Positions 63,748 to 64,000 of a DNA stretch of 64,000 nucleotides are shown here, piece after piece. This DNA comes from an uncultured delta proteobacterium (GTDB lineage Bacteria; Desulfobacterota; Binatia; UBA9968): the NCBI GenBank assembly GCA_963728565.1, contig CAVSLC010000005.1:96001-160000 (forward strand), read 5' to 3'. Position numbers and translations under genes: made by a program. A model generated the notes under the pieces. That model did no database searches. It was given only the letters and a program-made list of their open reading frames with translations, and had not been told where the DNA came from. Position 1 is the stretch's first letter. Each line of letters starts with the position of its first letter.

Positions 63748-64000
63748 TCACCCGCCGACGATTCCCATTCCCGTGAGCACCGACAGCATCACCGCGGCTG
63801 CAATGACGGAACCGATCTGCCCACCGGCGTTGGCGCTCATCGCGTGCATCAAGAGATAATTCTTCTTGTTGTACTTCTGACCTTCCGTTTGGGCGACGCG
63901 GGCGGCCATCGGAAATGCTGAAATTCCCGCCGCGCCGATAAGCGGGTTGACCTTGCCGCCGGTAAGTACGCACATCACTTTGCCGAAGAGCACCCCGATG
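63748..64000 (-). CDS. Sodium-translocating decarboxylase beta subunit (OadB/MmdB/GcdB family), C-terminal part
   Basis: KVNPLIGAAGISAFPMAARVAQ...NYLLMHAMSANAGGQIGS. Confidence 0.9.
   Translation of the reverse strand, partial: IGVLFGKVMCVLTGGKVNPLIGAAGISAFPMAARVAQTEGQKYNKKNYLLMHAMSANAGGQIGSVIAAAVMLSVLTGMGIVGG

Noticed and set aside
63737-63973. N-terminal extension of the carboxyltransferase given in the ORF track
   Set aside because: It overlaps the OadB-family coding frame; ATG 63736 gives a normal-length protein.

Overview
GC-rich bacterial chromosome segment. Gene content (orphan SsuA/NMT1-type binding proteins, UbiD, gentisate-type cupin, class II aldolases, spoVG-prs-rplY-pth) suggests a deltaproteobacteria-like lineage such as Candidatus Binatia; this is inference only. 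Layout: (1) 1-18.5 kb, a divergent locus. Leftward are a GAF-HlyD adaptor, a PqqD-like/M50 protease/HlyD fusion and a SecA paralog. Rightward are an ~8 kb LEPRxLL/DUF4347 repeat adhesin with a hydrophobic C-terminal tail, a PAS hybrid kinase and a REC-GGDEF-EAL protein. Both arms have sigma54-type promoter motifs. This is the best candidate for an undescribed export/processing and surface-signalling system. (2) An RpoD paralog and an aromatic-catabolism-like cluster. (3) Core genes: tRNA-Arg, ispE, spoVG, tRNA-Gln, prs, rplY, pth, rpsF, rpsR, rplI. (4) Two related aldehyde:ferredoxin oxidoreductase modules in complementary states of decay, around an IS remnant and next to two moeA genes. (5) A multi-GAF two-component cluster and the end of a Na+-translocating acyl-CoA decarboxylase operon. 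Single-base indels break even essential genes (ispE, prs, rplY), so many frameshifts are probably sequencing/assembly errors. All domain calls come from motif recognition by eye, not from database searches.
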